Under the pieces are notes generated by a model, which was not told where the DNA came from, ran no database searches, and saw nothing but the letters and a program-made list of their open reading frames with translations. From the human T2T-CHM13v2.0 reference genome, Homo sapiens, in assembly GCF_009914755.1 (NCBI RefSeq), contig NC_060925.1: DNA of 64,000 nt; one strand, given 5' to 3'. The translations under genes and the position numbers were made by a program. Below, piece by piece: positions 31,349 to 46,418 of the stretch (positions are counted from its first letter, which is position 1; each line of letters starts with the position of its first letter).

Positions 31349-32407
31349 TATCAACATATGCTTTTTGCTCTTAAAATACCTCATATTTTCCATTTATAAT
31401 CTCTTTAGTCACAGAACTATTTCTCCTCACTTTTTTTCTCTATCCTTTGCACTCTCAGAAAAGAGAATAAAATTAGCATTTTTCTTAAAATCCAGGCCAC
31501 ATTAACATTATAGCTCTTTTATTTTGCTAAATTAATTTGTACATATGTGAGGTCAAGAGCTCATGGAGTTTTATTCCTGCAACTGCCTTGCATTTTTTCA
31601 CTACTTATTTTTCAATGCATTCATCATCACTTCTTTACATTCAAGATAACAGCCTAACCTGTATTGCAGTCTTGCATTGCAATAATTTAGAACTAAACAC
31701 TAAACATTCCTTCCAAACACTAAAATAAAAACTACAAAGGAGGAGCTTTGTTAGGTGATTATGGACTTTGTGTGTGTGTATTCCATTTATCTGTAATTTG
31801 TAAAAAAATTTATATATTTATAAAAATTTGGTTTTATTTATTTTTAAGTAGTGGACTCTTAAGATAATTGTTAAATCTATCTGAATATCCCTTTTATTGG
31901 TTTGCTTTCAACTTGGTTATTAATTATTAATTGAATAAATTGAAGACAATTTAACCAGATACTATCACTTTGGAGATTTTGAAATATTTTGTTTTCTAAA
32001 TTTAAGTGAAGTAAATAAGCTTTTTAAAAATATGGACTTTAATGAAAAATAATATATGTATTTTCAACTTCTGAACCACTATGCTACAGATAAAACATAA
32101 CCATTGATGTATCTATTTATTTCATAACTTTTAAACAATTGTTTTGTAGAACATATAATAGAGAATTGGCTAGCTTGAGACAAACATTTTAAATATACTT
32201 ACAGAATAACTTTTTTCCTCTTTGCATCAGAGAATGTTAAGGTTAAAAAGACTTACAATTTTCAAAAGTTGTGCTATTCTTATTACTTGGAATCCTTTTT
32301 GTCAAGTCTTTTACCTATTCTTCTATTGGCTGTCAGGATTTTACTTAATGCTTTGTAAAAAAAATTAATGTATACTTTGGAAAACTTGCCATATTTACTA
32401 AAGCTGA

Positions 32408-34676
32408 TGTATTAGTTAATTTTCATGCTACTGATAACTGGGAAGAAAAAGAGGTTTAATTGGACTTACAGTTCCACATGGCTGGGGAGGCCTCAGAATC
32501 ATGGCGGGAGGCAAAAGGCACTTTTTACATGGTGGCAGCAAGACAAAAATGAGAAAGATGCAAAAGCAGAAACCCCTGATAAAACCATCAGATCTCATGA
32601 GACTTATTCACTACCATGAGAACAGTATGGGGGAAGCCACCCCCATGATTCAAATTATCTCCCACTCAGTCCCTCCTGTAACGTGGGAATTATGGGAGTA
32701 CAACTCAAGATGAGATTTGGGTGGGGACACGGAGCCAAACCATATCATTCTGCCCCTGGCCCCTTCAAATCTCACGTCCTCACATTTCAAAACCAAGCAC
32801 GCCTTCCCAACAGTCCCCCAAAGTCTTAACTCATTTCAGCATTAAGCCAAAAGTCCACAGTCCAAAGTCTTATCTGAGACAAGACAAGTCCCTTCTGCCT
32901 ATGAACTTGTAAAATCAAAAGCAAACTAATTACTTCCTAGATACAATGGGGATACAGGCATTGGGTAAATACAGCCATTCCAAAGGGGAGAAATTGGCCA
33001 AAACATAGGGGTTATAGGGCCCATGCAAGTCCAAAATCCTGCAGGGCAGTCAAATTTTAAAGCTCCAGAATGAATCTCCTTTGACTCCAGGTCTCACATC
33101 CAGGTCATGCTAATGCAAGACCATGTTCCCATGGTCTTGGGCAGCTCCACCTCTGTGGTTTTGCAGGGTACAACCTCCCTCTTGGCTGCTTTCACAGGCT
33201 GGTGTTGAGTGTCTGTGGCTTTTCCAGGCGCACAGTGCAAGCTGTCAGTGGATCTACCATTCTGGGGTCTGGAGGACGGTGACCCTCTTCTCACAGCTCC
33301 ACTAGGCAGTGTCCCAGTAGGGACTCTGTGTGGGGGCTCCAACCCCACATTTGCCTTCCACACTGCCCTAGTGGAGGTTTTCCATGAGAGCCTCACCCCT
33401 GCAGCAAAATTCTGCCTGGGGCATCCAGGCGTTTCCATACATCTTCTGAAATCTAGGTGGGGGTCCCCAAACCTCAACTCTTCACTTCTGGGTACCCGCA
33501 GGCTCAACACCATGTCAAAGCTGCCACTTTGGGGCTTCCACCCTCTGAAGCCATGGCCCAAGCTCTACATTGACCCCTTTTAGCCATGGCTGGAGTGGCT
33601 AGGACACAGGGCACCAAGTTCCTAGGCTACACACAGGTTGGGGACTCTGGGTCTAGCCCATGAAACCACTTTTTACTCCTAGGTCTCCAGGCCTGTGATG
33701 GGAAGGGCTGCCGTGAAGACCTCTGACATGCTCTGGAGACATTTTCCCCATGGTCTTGGGGATTAACATTGGGTTTCTTGTTACTTAGGCAAATTCTGCA
33801 GCTGGCTTGAATTACTCCTCAGAAAATGGGATTTTCTTTTCTATCACATTGTCAGGCTGCAAATTTTCCAAACTTTTATGCTCTGTTTCTCTTTTAAAAC
33901 TGAATGCCTTTAACAGCACTCAAGTCACCTCTTGAATGCTTTGCTGCTTAGAAACTTCTGCCAGATACCCTAAATCATCTCTCTCAAGTTCAAAGTTCCA
34001 CAAATCTCCAGGGAAGGGACAAAATGCTGCCAGTCTCTTTGCTAAAACATAACAAGTCACCTTTGCTCCAGCACCCAACAAGTTTCTCATCTACATCTGA
34101 GACCACTTCAGCCTGAATTTCATTGTCCATATCATAATCAGCATTTTTGTCAAAGCCATTCAATAAATCCTAGGAGGTTCCAAACTTTCCCACATTTTCC
34201 TGTCTTCTTCTGAGTCCTCCAAACTGTTCCAACCTCTTCCCGTTACCCAGTTCCAAAGTTGCGTCCACATTTTTGGGTATCTTTTCAGCAACGCCCCACT
34301 CTACTGGTACCAATTTACTGTATTAGTTCGTTTTCACACTGCTGATAGTGACACACCCAAGACTGGGAAGAAAAAGAAGTTTAATTGGACTTACAGTTCC
34401 ACATGGCTGGGAAGGCCTCAGAATCATGTGGGAGGCGAAAGGCACTTCTGATATGGTGGCAGCAAGAGAAAAATGAGGAAGATGCAAAAGTGGAAACCCC
34501 TGATAAAACCATCTCAGATCTCATGAGACTTATTCACTACCACGAGAACAATATGGGGGAAAGCACCTCCATGATTCAAATTATCTCCCACCGGGTCCCT
34601 CCCACAACACATGGGAATTACAGAAGCTACCATTGAAGCTGAGATTTGAGTGGGGACACAGAGCCAAACCATATCA
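32408..34676 (-). mobile_element. Full-length THE1A/B MaLR provirus (LTR 32408-32747, internal 32748-34318, LTR 34319-34676)
   Basis: Two LTRs tgtattag...ccatatca; ~1.57-kb THE1 internal region; perfect TSD gctga at 32403-32407 and 34677-34681; inserted in an L1ME fragment. Confidence 0.97.
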
Positions 34677-36821
34677 GCTGAGCACATGCATATAGTGTGA
34701 TCCAGCAATTAATTCTACTCACAGTTTTATACTCAGCAGAAATATGTGTGCATGTGTGTCACCAAAAGACATGAACAAGAATGTTTATAACAACACTGTT
34801 CATAGTAGTAAAACTGGAAACTAAATGTCCATAATAGTAAGTAAATAACATTTAGGTGAAAATAATCAATTGCTATTGAAAGTGGAGATATAGCAGCTAG
34901 GGGCATAAGGGTGTTTGGAGGGTATTGGTAATATTCTGTTTCTTAATCTAGGTGCTGGTTAAACAGGTGTGTTCAATTTGTGAAAATCTGTCAATCCATA
35001 CAATCTATTTACAATCCACATAATCTATTTTTGACATATACATCATAAATCCTTAAAGATCATCTGGTACAAACCATTTCTTCAGGGATTTACAAATTAC
35101 TCACTTATAAAACTATGAAGATTTGTTGCCCATTTTGCAAACTGAAACTCATATGTATTAAATAGAGATAACTTTCCTGTGTTTAAAAGAGAATGGATGG
35201 GGTGATTGAGTGTCTATCTGGCTTTGGCTTTAACTTTTAGGTAAAGATTTATGCAGTCAACTTTCCAAGGTTTTAAAGCTAGATCTGCATTCAAATCCTG
35301 AGCTTACTACTTACTATCTACATTTCATTACCTGAAAAATGGGGGTAATAATAGTTAATTTGAAGGTTATTCAAAAAGTTAAAGATAATGTTTGCAAAAT
35401 GTCTGCCACAGGTGGGCAATCAATAAAGAGTAGGCATTAATTTTAGAGAGTCTCACCCAACAAAGAATAGGCCATAAAGAATGTAGCCAGAGTGTACTAG
35501 TGAAGCAGAGAAATGTTTTCTTTCAAATGGAATCTAAAAACAGAAAAAAAGTACACCTATTAACACATGTGTTTAAACCAAAATTAGATCACCCAAGTAG
35601 AAAAGACAAGATTACACCACCCTCCTATCATTTATTATTTGGGGAGAGGAGGAAACTAGGGGGCATAAATATTTCCAACATATTTTCTTCCAGTGAAAAC
35701 AAATTATATGAAGCAGAGAACTGACATGTACATTGTTTTGAACTAATAAGTACTTCCTCTGAAAAAGAACATTGTTTTAGAACAACAGGGTTTTTAAAAG
35801 TTATTTTTATTTGTGGTAAATACTCATAATATAAAAATTATCATCATAACCATTTTTAAGTGTACAGTTCAGTGGCATTAAATACATTCATACTGTTGTG
35901 CAAATATCACCATCATCCATCTCCAGAACTCTCCATCTTGCAAAACTCTGTACTCATTAAATGAGAATTTCTCATTCCCCCTCTACCCAGACCCTGCCAA
36001 CTACCATTCTACTTTCTGCCTGTATAAATTTGACTACTCTACATACCTAGTGTAAGTGAAATCACAATGTTTCTCCTTGTGTGACTGGCTTATTTTACTT
36101 AGCGTAATGTCTTCAAGGTTCGTCCATATTGTATCATGTCAGAATTTCCTTCTTCTTTAAGATTAAATAATATTCCACTGCTTGTTTATACCACATTTTG
36201 TTTATTCATCCATCCATGGACATTTGGGTTGTTTTTACCACTTGGCTATTGTGAATAATGCTGCTATCAACATGAGCATACAAATACCTCTTCAAGCTCC
36301 TGCTTTCAATTATTTGGGGTATATACCAAGAAGTGGAATTGCTAAATTATATGATAATTCTATTTTTAACTTCTTAAGAAACTGCCACACTGTTTTCCAA
36401 AGCAGTTGTACCATTTTACATTCCCACCAACAAAGCATAAGGGTTCCAATTTCTTCACATTCTCACCAACACTTATTTTCTGTTCATTTTTATATCAGCC
36501 ATCCTAATAGGTAAGACGTGGTATTTCTTTATGGTTTTAATATGTATTTCTAATGATTTGTGTTGTTGAGCATCTCTTCATGGACTTATTGGCCATTTAT
36601 ATGTCTAGTTTGGAGAAATGTCTATTTAAGCTCTTTGCTCATTTTGGAATTAAATTGCTTGGGTTTTTTGGTTGTTGAGTTTTAGGAGTTCTCTATATAT
36701 TCTGGATATTAATTTCTTATGAAATAGATGATTTGTAAATATTTTTCCTTTTGGTTGTCTTTTTACTGTGTTGATAGTTGTCTATTGATGCACAAAATTT
36801 TTACATTTCCATGAAGTTCGA

Positions 36822-37348
<527 letters not shown>

Positions 37349-39581
37349 TAGGTCTTACATTAGCTGGTGGATCCAGTTTGAATTAATTTTTGTATATGAT
37401 GTTAGATAAGGATCCAGCTTCATTCTTTTGGATGTGGATATATCCAGTTTTCCCAGCCCCACTTCTTTAAAAAGACTGTCTTTTCCCTATTGAATGGTCT
37501 TGACACCCTTGTCTAAAATCATTTGACAATATATGCAATGATTGTTTTGGAACTGTCTATTCTATTCCATTGGTCTATATGTCTGTTTTTATGCCCCACT
37601 GTTTTGATTCCTGTAGCTTTGTAGTAAGTTTTGAAATCAGGACATATTCTTTATTCTTTTTTTGCAAGATTGTTTTGGCTATTTGGGGTCACTTGAGATT
37701 CCATTTGAATTTCAGAATGGGTTTTTCTATTTCTGCAAAAAATAAGTCATTAGGATATTGACAAAGATTGCATTAAATCTGTAGATCACTTTAGGTAGTA
37801 GTTACATCTGCACAATATTAAATTTTTAGATTTATTTATGCTTTCCACTTATTTATATTTTCTTTAATTTATTTTAGAAAGTCTTTTTAGTTTTCAGTGT
37901 ACAACCTCCTTATCCTTGGTTAATTCCTGTCTTTATTCTTTTTAGTGCTATTGTAACTGGAACTGTTTTCTTACCTTTTTTTTTAGATTTTTCATTGTTA
38001 GTGTATAGAAATGCAACTGATGTATGTTTACTTTGTATCCTGTTATTTTGCCGAATTTCTTAATTAATTCTAATATTTTTGTGGAATTTTTTGTTTTCTA
38101 CATATAAGACCATATTATTTGCAAACAGAGATCATTTTACTTCTTCTTTTCCATTTGGATGCTTTATTTCTTTTTCTTATCTAATTGCTCTGGCTAGGAC
38201 TTCCAGTACCATGTTGAATAGAAATGGTGAAATTAAGCATTCTTGCCTTCTTCCTGCTTTTAGAGGAAAAGCTTTCAGTGTTTTATCACTGAATATGATA
38301 TTTGCTGTGGGTTTTTCATATGTGACTTTTATCATTTTGAGGTAGCTCTTTTCCATTCCTATTTTTTTGTGTTTTTGTCATAAAAGAGTGTTGATTTTTG
38401 TCAAATAATTTTTCTGCATCAATTTAGATGATCAGGTTTTTTCCCTTTCATTCTGTTAATGTGGTGTAATACTTTGATCAATTTTCATATTTTAAGCCAT
38501 CCTTGCATTCCAGGAACAAATCCCACTTGATGAATAATCCTCTTAACATGCTGCTGAATTTGGTTTGCTAGTATTTTATAGAGGATTTTTGTATCAATAT
38601 TCACAAAGGATATTGATCTATAGTTTTCTTGTAATGTAATTTTCTGGCTTTGGTATTGGGGCAATGTTGGCCTCATAAAATGTGTAGAGAGTGTTTCCTT
38701 CTCTTCAATTTTTTTGGAAATGTTTGAGAATGATTGGTGTTAGTCCTTCTTTAAATGTTCGGTAAGATTTACCAGTGAACCCATCAGGTTCAGGGTTTCT
38801 CTTTGTTGAGATATATTTAATTACTGATTTAATCTACTAACTAGTTATAGGTCTATTCAGATTTTTTACTTCTTTGTGGCTTAGTGGTGATAGGGTTTGT
38901 ATTTCTAGTAATAGGTCCATTTTATAGGCTTTTCAGTTTGTTGGCATATAACTGCTAAAAGTATTCCTTTTTGTTTCTATGGAATTAGTAGTAACATTTC
39001 CACTTTATTTCTGATTTAGTAATTTGAGAATTTGAGTCTTCTCTCTTTTTTCTTATTTTGTCTCATATTAGCATAGTCACTCTTAATCTCTCTTGATTAA
39101 TAGCTAAATATTTGTCAATTTGGTTGATCTTTTCAAAGAACCTATTGGTTTCATTGATTGTTCTCTATTTTTTTTACTCTGTACTTTATTTAACTCTGCC
39201 CTAATCTTTATTATTTCGTTTCTTCTGCTGGCTTTGGGTTTACTTTGTTTTTTTTCTAGTTCCTTAAATTGTAAAGTTAGGTTGTTGATTTGAGATCTTT
39301 CTTGTTTTTTAATGTGAGCATTTATAGCTATATTTTTTTTCCTTAGCACTGTTTTCACTGTGTCCTATAAGTTTTGGTATGTTATTTTTATTTTCATTTG
39401 TCTCTTAGTATTTTGTATTTCCCTTATAATTTAGTCTTTGATCCAGTGGTTAAGAGTATTTTGTTTAACTTCCACAAATTTGTAAATTTTACAGTTTATC
39501 TTTCATTATTGATTTCTAATTTTGCGCTGATGAGGTCAGAGAAGATACTTTGTATGATATCTATCTTTTTAAACCTATTGA

Positions 39582-40049
<468 letters not shown>

Positions 40050-40628
40050 TTCTGTCAGGGTGTTCTATCAATACTGAGGGTGGGGTATTGCAATATCCAG
40101 CTATTATTGTGGAACTGTCTATTTCTCCTTTCGATTTTGTTGATTTTTTCTTCATATTTTGATGATCTATTATTGGGTTCAAAAATGTTTGTAATTGTTG
40201 TATCTTTTGCTGTATTGAAGCTTTCATTTATGAATGATGTCCGTCTTTGTTACTGTAATTTTTTTGGTTTTAAATTCTATTTTGTCTGAAATTAGCATAG
40301 TCACCCTTAATCTCTCTTAGATACTAGTTGCATGGTACATGGAAAGAAAATATCCTTTTCCCTTACTTCACTTTCAACCTATTTGTGCATTTGGATCTAA
40401 ATTGAGTCTTTTATATTCAACATATATTTTGGTCATGTTTTTTAAAATCCATTCTTCCAATTTCTGTCTTTTGATTGGACAGTTTAATCAGTTTACATTT
40501 AAAGTAATTTCTTTTTTGTTTTGTTTTTTCACATTCTTTTTTTTTATTATTATACTTTAAGTATGGCATACTTATACTTTAAGTTCATGGCATCAATCAC
40601 CTGCCTCTCTACCAAGATAGTTATCCAA

Positions 40629-43600
40629 AGATGGATAGATTGCAAAACTTTTCTCCCATTCTGTAGGTTGCTTGTTCTCTCTGATGATAGTTTATTTATT
40701 TATTTATTTATTTTTCTGAGATGGAGTCTTGCTCTGTTACCCAGGTTGGAGTGCAGTGGCGTGAGCTCGGCTCACTGCAAGCTCTGCCTCCCATGTTCAT
40801 GCCATTCTCCTCCCTCAGCCTCCTGAGTAGCTGGGACTACAGGTGCCCGCCTTCACACGCAGCTAATTTTTTGTATTTTTAGTAGAGACGGGGTTTCACC
40901 GTGTTAGCCAGGATGGTCTTGATCTCCTGACCTCGTGATCCGCCCACCTCGGGCTCCCAAAGTGCTGGGATTACAGGCGTGAGCCACAGTGCCCGGCAAT
41001 ATTTTCTTTTGCTGTGCAGAAGCTCTTTAGTTTAATTAGATCCCATTTGTCCACTTTGGCTTTTGTTGCCATTGCTTTTGGTGTTTTAGTCATGAAGTCT
41101 TTACCCATGCCTATGTCCTGAATGGCATTACCTAGGTTTTCTTCTAGGGTTTTTACTGTTTTAAGTCTTATGTTTAAGTCTTTGATCCATCTTGAGTTGA
41201 TTTTTACATAAGGTGTAAGGAAGGAATCCAGTTTCAGCTTTCTGCATATGGCTAGCCAGTTTTCCCAACACCATTTATTAAATAGGGAATCCTTTACCCA
41301 TTGCTTGTTTGTGTCAAGATTTGTCAAGGATCAGATGGTTGTAGATGTGTGGTGTTATTTCTGAGGCCTCTGTTCTGTTCTGTTCTATTGGTCTACATAT
41401 CTGTTTTGGTACCAGTACCATGCTGTTTTGGTTACTGTAGCCTTTGTAGTATAGTTTGAAGTCAGGTAGCATGATGCCTCCAGCTTTGTTCTTTTTGCTT
41501 AGGATTGTCTTGGCTATGCGGGCCCTTTTTTGGTTCCATATGAAATTTAAAGTAGTTTTTTCCAATTCTGTGAAGAAAGTCAATGGTAGCTTGATGGGGA
41601 TAGTATTGAATCTATAAATTACTTTGGGCAGTATGGTCATTTTCATGATATTGATTCTTCCTATCCATGAGCATGGAATGCTTTTCCATTTGTTTGTGTC
41701 CTCTCTTATTTCCTTAAGCAGTGGTTTGTAGTTCTCCTTGAAGAGGTCCTTCACATCCCTTCTAAGTTGAATTCCTAGGTATTTTATTCTCTTTGTAGCA
41801 ATTGTGAATGGGAAATCACTCATGGTTTGGCTCTCTGTTATTGGTGTATAGGAATGCTTGTGATTTTTGCACATTGATTTTGTATCTTGAGACTGCTGAA
41901 GTTGCTTATCAGCTTAAGGAGATTTGGGGCTGAGACGATGGGGTTTTCTAAATATACTGTTATGTCATCTGCAAACAGAGACAATTTGACTTCCTCTTTT
42001 CCTAACTGAACGCCCTTAATTTCTTTCTCTTGCCTGATTGCCCTGGCCAGAACTTCCAATACTCTGTTGAATAGAAGTGGGGAGCAGGGCATCCTCGTCT
42101 TGTGCCGGTTTTCAAAGGGAATGCTTCCAGTTTTTGCCCATTCAGTATGATATTGGCTGTGGGTTTGTCATAAATAGTTCTTATAATTTTGAGATACGTT
42201 CCATCAATACCTAGTTTATTGAGAATTCTTAGTATGAAGTGGTGTTGAATTTTGTCGAAGGCCTTTTCTGCATCTATTGAGATAATCATGTGGTTTTTGT
42301 CATTGGTTCCGTTTATGTCATGGATTACATTTATTCATTTGCATATGTTGAACAAACCTTGCATCTCAGGGATGAAGCTGACTTGATCGTGGTGGATAAG
42401 CTTTTTGATGTGCTGATGGATTCAGTTTGCCAGTATTTTATTGAAGATTTTCGCATCGATGTTCATCAGGGATACTGGCATAAAATGTTCTTTTTTGTTG
42501 TGTCTCTGCCAGGTTTTTGTACCAGGATGATACTGGCCTCAAAAAAATGAGTTAGGGAGGAGTCCCTCTGTTTCTATTGTTTGGAATAGTTTCAGAAGGA
42601 ATGGTACCAGCTCCCCTTTGTACCTCTGGTAGAATTCGGCTGTGAATCCCTCTGGTCCTGGACTTTTTTTGGTTGGTAGGCTATTAATTACTACCTCAAT
42701 TTCAGAACTTGTCATTGGTCTATTCAGGGATTCAACTTCTTCCTGGTTTAGTCTTGGGAGGGTGTATGTGTCCAGGAATTTATCCATTTCTTCTAGATTT
42801 TCAGTTTTTTCTTCTTTTTTCTTTTTTTTTCTTTCTTTTTTTTTTTTTTTTTTTTTTGCTTAGAGGTGTTTTTAGTAGTCTCTGATGGTAGTTTTTATTT
42901 CTGTGGGATCAGTGGTGATATTCCCTTTATCATTTTTTATTGCATCCATTTGATTCTTCTCTTTTTTCTTCTTTATTAATATGCCTAGTGGTCTATCTAC
43001 TTTGTTGATCTTTTCAAAAAAACAGCTCCTGGAGTCATTGATTTTTTTTGAAGAGTTTTTCATGTCTCTATCTCCTTCAATTCTGCTCTGATCTTAGTTA
43101 TTTCTTGTCTTCTGCTCGCTTTTGAGTTTGTTTGCTCTTGCTTCTCTAGTTCTTTTAATTGTGATGTTAGGGTGTTGATTTTAGATCTTTCCTGCTTTCT
43201 CTTGTTAGCATTTAGTGCTGTAAATTTCCTTCTACATACTGCTTTAAATGTGTCCCAGAGATTCTGGTACGTTGTGTCTTTGTTCTCATTGGTTTCATTG
43301 AACATCTTTATTTCTGCCTTTATTTTGTTATTTACCCAGTAGTCATTCAGGAGCAGGTTGTTCAGTTTCCATGTAGTTGTGCGGTTTTGAGTGAGTTTCT
43401 TAATCCTGAGTTCTAATTTGATTGCACTGTGTCTGAGAGACTGTTATGATTTCCATTCTTTTGCATTTGCTGAGGAATGTTTTACTTCCAATTATGTGGT
43501 CAATTTTAGAATAAGTGCAATGTGGTTCTGAGAATAATGTATATTCTGTTGATTTGGGGTGGAGAGTTCTGTGGATGTCTATTAGGTTCTGTTGGTCCAG

Positions 43601-44117
43601 AGCTGAGTTCAAGTCCTGGATATATTTGTTAATTTTCTGTCTCATTGATCTGTCTAATATTGACAGTGGGGTGTTAAAGTCTCCCACTATTATTGTGTGG
43701 GAGTCTGAGTCTCTTTGTAGGTCTCTAAGAACTTGCTTTATGAATCCGGGTGCTCCTGTATTGTGTGCATTTATATTTAGGATAGTTAGCTCTTCTTGTT
43801 GCATTGATCCTTTTACCATTATGTAATGCCTTTGTTTGTCTCTTTTGATCTTTGTTGGTTTAAAGTCTGTTTTATCAGAGACTAGGATTGCAACCCCTGC
43901 ATTTTTTTTTTTACTTTCAATTTGCTTTGTAAATATTCTTCCATCCCTTTATTTTGAGCCTATGTGTGTCTTTGCACATGAGATGGGTCTCCCGAATACA
44001 GCACACCAATGGGTCTTAACTCTTTATCCAATTTGCCAGTCTGTGTCTTTTAATTGGGGCATTTAGCCTATTTACATTTAACATTAATATTGTTATGTGT
44101 GAAATTGTTCCTGTCAT
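40629..44117 (-). pseudogene. L1 ORF2p (EN/RT), disrupted and C-terminally deleted
   Basis: Fragments [47 protein letters not shown] in several frames. Confidence 0.93.
40691..40997 (-). mobile_element. AluY-like inside L1PA7 ORF2
   Basis: gcaagctctgcc, gccattctcc, ctcgtgatccgcc; (TTTA)n tail. Confidence 0.94.
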
Positions 44118-44180
44118 TATGATGCTAGCTCGTTATTTTGCCCACTAGTTCATGCCATTTTTTCATAGTGTCAATGGTCT

Positions 44181-45045
44181 TTACAATTTTTATGTTTTTG
44201 CAGTGGCTTGTACCAGTTGTTCCTTTCCATGTTTAGTGCTTCCTTTAGGAGTCCCCCTCTCTCTTCTGTCTTGTAGGGTTTCTGCTGAGAGATCTGCTGT
44301 TAGTCTGATGGACTTCCCTTTGTGAGTAACCTGACCTTTCTCTCTGGCTGCCCTTAACATTTTTTCCTTCATTTCAACCTTAGTGAATCTGACGATTATA
44401 TGTCTTGGGGTTGCTCTTCTTGAGTAGTGTCTTTGTGGTGTTCTCTGTATTTCCCGAATTTGAATGTTGGCCTGCCTTGCTAGGTTGGGGAAGTTGTGGA
44501 TAATATCCTGAAGAGTGTTTTCCACCTTGATTCCATTCTCCTCATCACTTTCAGGTACATCAATCAAATGTAGATTTGGTCTTTTCACATAGTCCCATAT
44601 TTCTTGGAGGCTTTGTTCATTTCTTTTCACTCTTTTTTCTCTAATCTTGTCTTCTCACTTTATTTCCTTGAGTTGATCTTCAATCTCTGATATCCTTTCT
44701 TCCACTTGGTCGATTCAGCTATTGATACTTATGTATGCCTCATGAAGTTCTTGTGCTGTGTTTTTCAGCTCCATCAGGTCATGTATGTTTTTCTCTAAAC
44801 TGGTTATTCTAGTTAGCAATTCCTCTAACCTTTTTTCAAGATTCTTAACTTCCTTGCATTCGGATAGAACATGCTCCTTTATCTTGGTGGAGTTTATTAC
44901 CCATCTTCTGAAGCCTACTTCTGTCAGTTCATCAAACTCATTCTCCATCCAGTTCTCTTGTTGGCGAGGGGCTGTGATCCTTTGGAGGAGAAGAGGCATT
45001 CTAGTTTTTGGAATTTTCAGCCTTTTTGTGCTGGTTTCTCCCCAT
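44181..45045 (-). pseudogene. L1 ORF1p, disrupted (frameshifts and an internal deletion near 44250)
   Basis: ORF 44190-44630 MKRNEQSLQEIWDYVKRPNL...RATPRHIIVRFTKV; ATG at 45045. Confidence 0.92.
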
Positions 45046-46418
45046 CTTCATGAATATATCTACCTTTGGCCTTTGATGTTGGTGACCTTCGGATAGGGTC
45101 TCTGAGTGGACATCCTTTTTGTTGATGTTGATACTATTCCTTTCTGTTTGTCAGTTTTCCTTCTAACAGTCAGGCCTCTCTGCTGCAGGTCTACTGGAGT
45201 TTGCTGGAGGTCCACGCCAGACCGTTTGCCCGGATATCACCAGCGGAAGCTACAGAACAGCAAAGATTGTTGCCTGTCCCTTCCTCTGGAAGTTTTGCCC
45301 CAGAGGGTCACCCACCAGATGCCAGCCAGAGCTCTCCTGTATGAGGTATCTGTCAACCCCTGATGGGAGGTGTCTCCCCGTCAGGAGGCACGGGGGTCAG
45401 GGACCCACTCGAGGAGGGATTCTTCCCTTATCAGAGCTCGAATGCTGCACTGGGAGATCCGCTGCTGTATTCAGAGATGTCAGGCAGGGACGTTCATGTC
45501 TGCTGAAACTGTGCCCATAGCCACCCCTTCCCCCAGGTGCTCTGTCCCATGGAGGTTTTATCTATAAGTCCCTGACTGGGGCTGCTGCCTTTTTTCAGAT
45601 ATGCCCTGCCCAGAGAGGAGGAGTCTAGAGAGGCAGTCTGGCCACAGCGGCCTTGCTGAGCTGCAGTGGGCTCCTCCCAGTTCAAACTTCCAGGCAGCTT
45701 TGTTTACACTGTGAGGGGAAAACCGCCTACTCAAGACTTGGCAATGGCAGATGCCCTTCCCCCCACCAAGTTCAAACGTCCCAGGTCAAGCTCACACTGT
45801 TGTTCTGGCCATGAGAATTTCAAGCCGGTGGATCTTAGCTTGCTGGACTCCATGGGGGTGGTGACCGCTGAGCCAGACCACTTGGCTCCCTGGCTTCAGC
45901 CCCCTTTCCAGGGGAGTGAATGGTTCTGTCTCGCTGGCGCCAGGTGCCACTAGGGTATGAAAAATAAACTCCTGCAGCTAGTTCAGTGTCTGCCTGAATG
46001 GCCACCCAGTTTTGTGGTTGAAACCCAGGGCCCTGGGTGGTGTAGGCATCAGAGGGAATCTCCTGGTCTGCCAGTTGTGAAGACCCTGGGAAAAGTGCAG
46101 TCTCTGGGCCAGAGTGCACCATTCCTCCCGGTACAGTCTCTCACGGCTTCCCTTGACTAGGGGAGGGAAGTCCCTTGACCCCTTGCACTTCCCATGTGAG
46201 ATGACACCCCACCCTGCTTTGGCTCACCTTCCATGGGCTGCACCTACTGTCCAATCAGTCCTAATGACATGAACCGGTTACCTCAGTTGGAAATGCAGAA
46301 ATCACCCGCCTTCTGCATTGATCTTGCTGGGAGCTGCAGACTGGAGCTGTTCCTATTCATCCATCTTGCCAGCCTCCAAAAACTTTTAATAATTGGAGAA
46401 ACTGGCTTTCAAAATGCT

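Larger units (their letters stand above)
40511..46377 (-). mobile_element. Near full-length L1PA7-like LINE-1 (5'UTR 45046-46377, ORF1, ORF2, 3' deletion, poly(A))
   Basis: 5' end GGAGGCTGGCAAGATGG..GAATAGGAACAGCTCCAGTCTGCAGC; continuous ORF1/ORF2 homology in the ORF track. Confidence 0.95.

Noticed and set aside
33094-33583. 155-aa and 124-aa ORFs
   Set aside because: Within the THE1 internal region; typical residual MaLR frames
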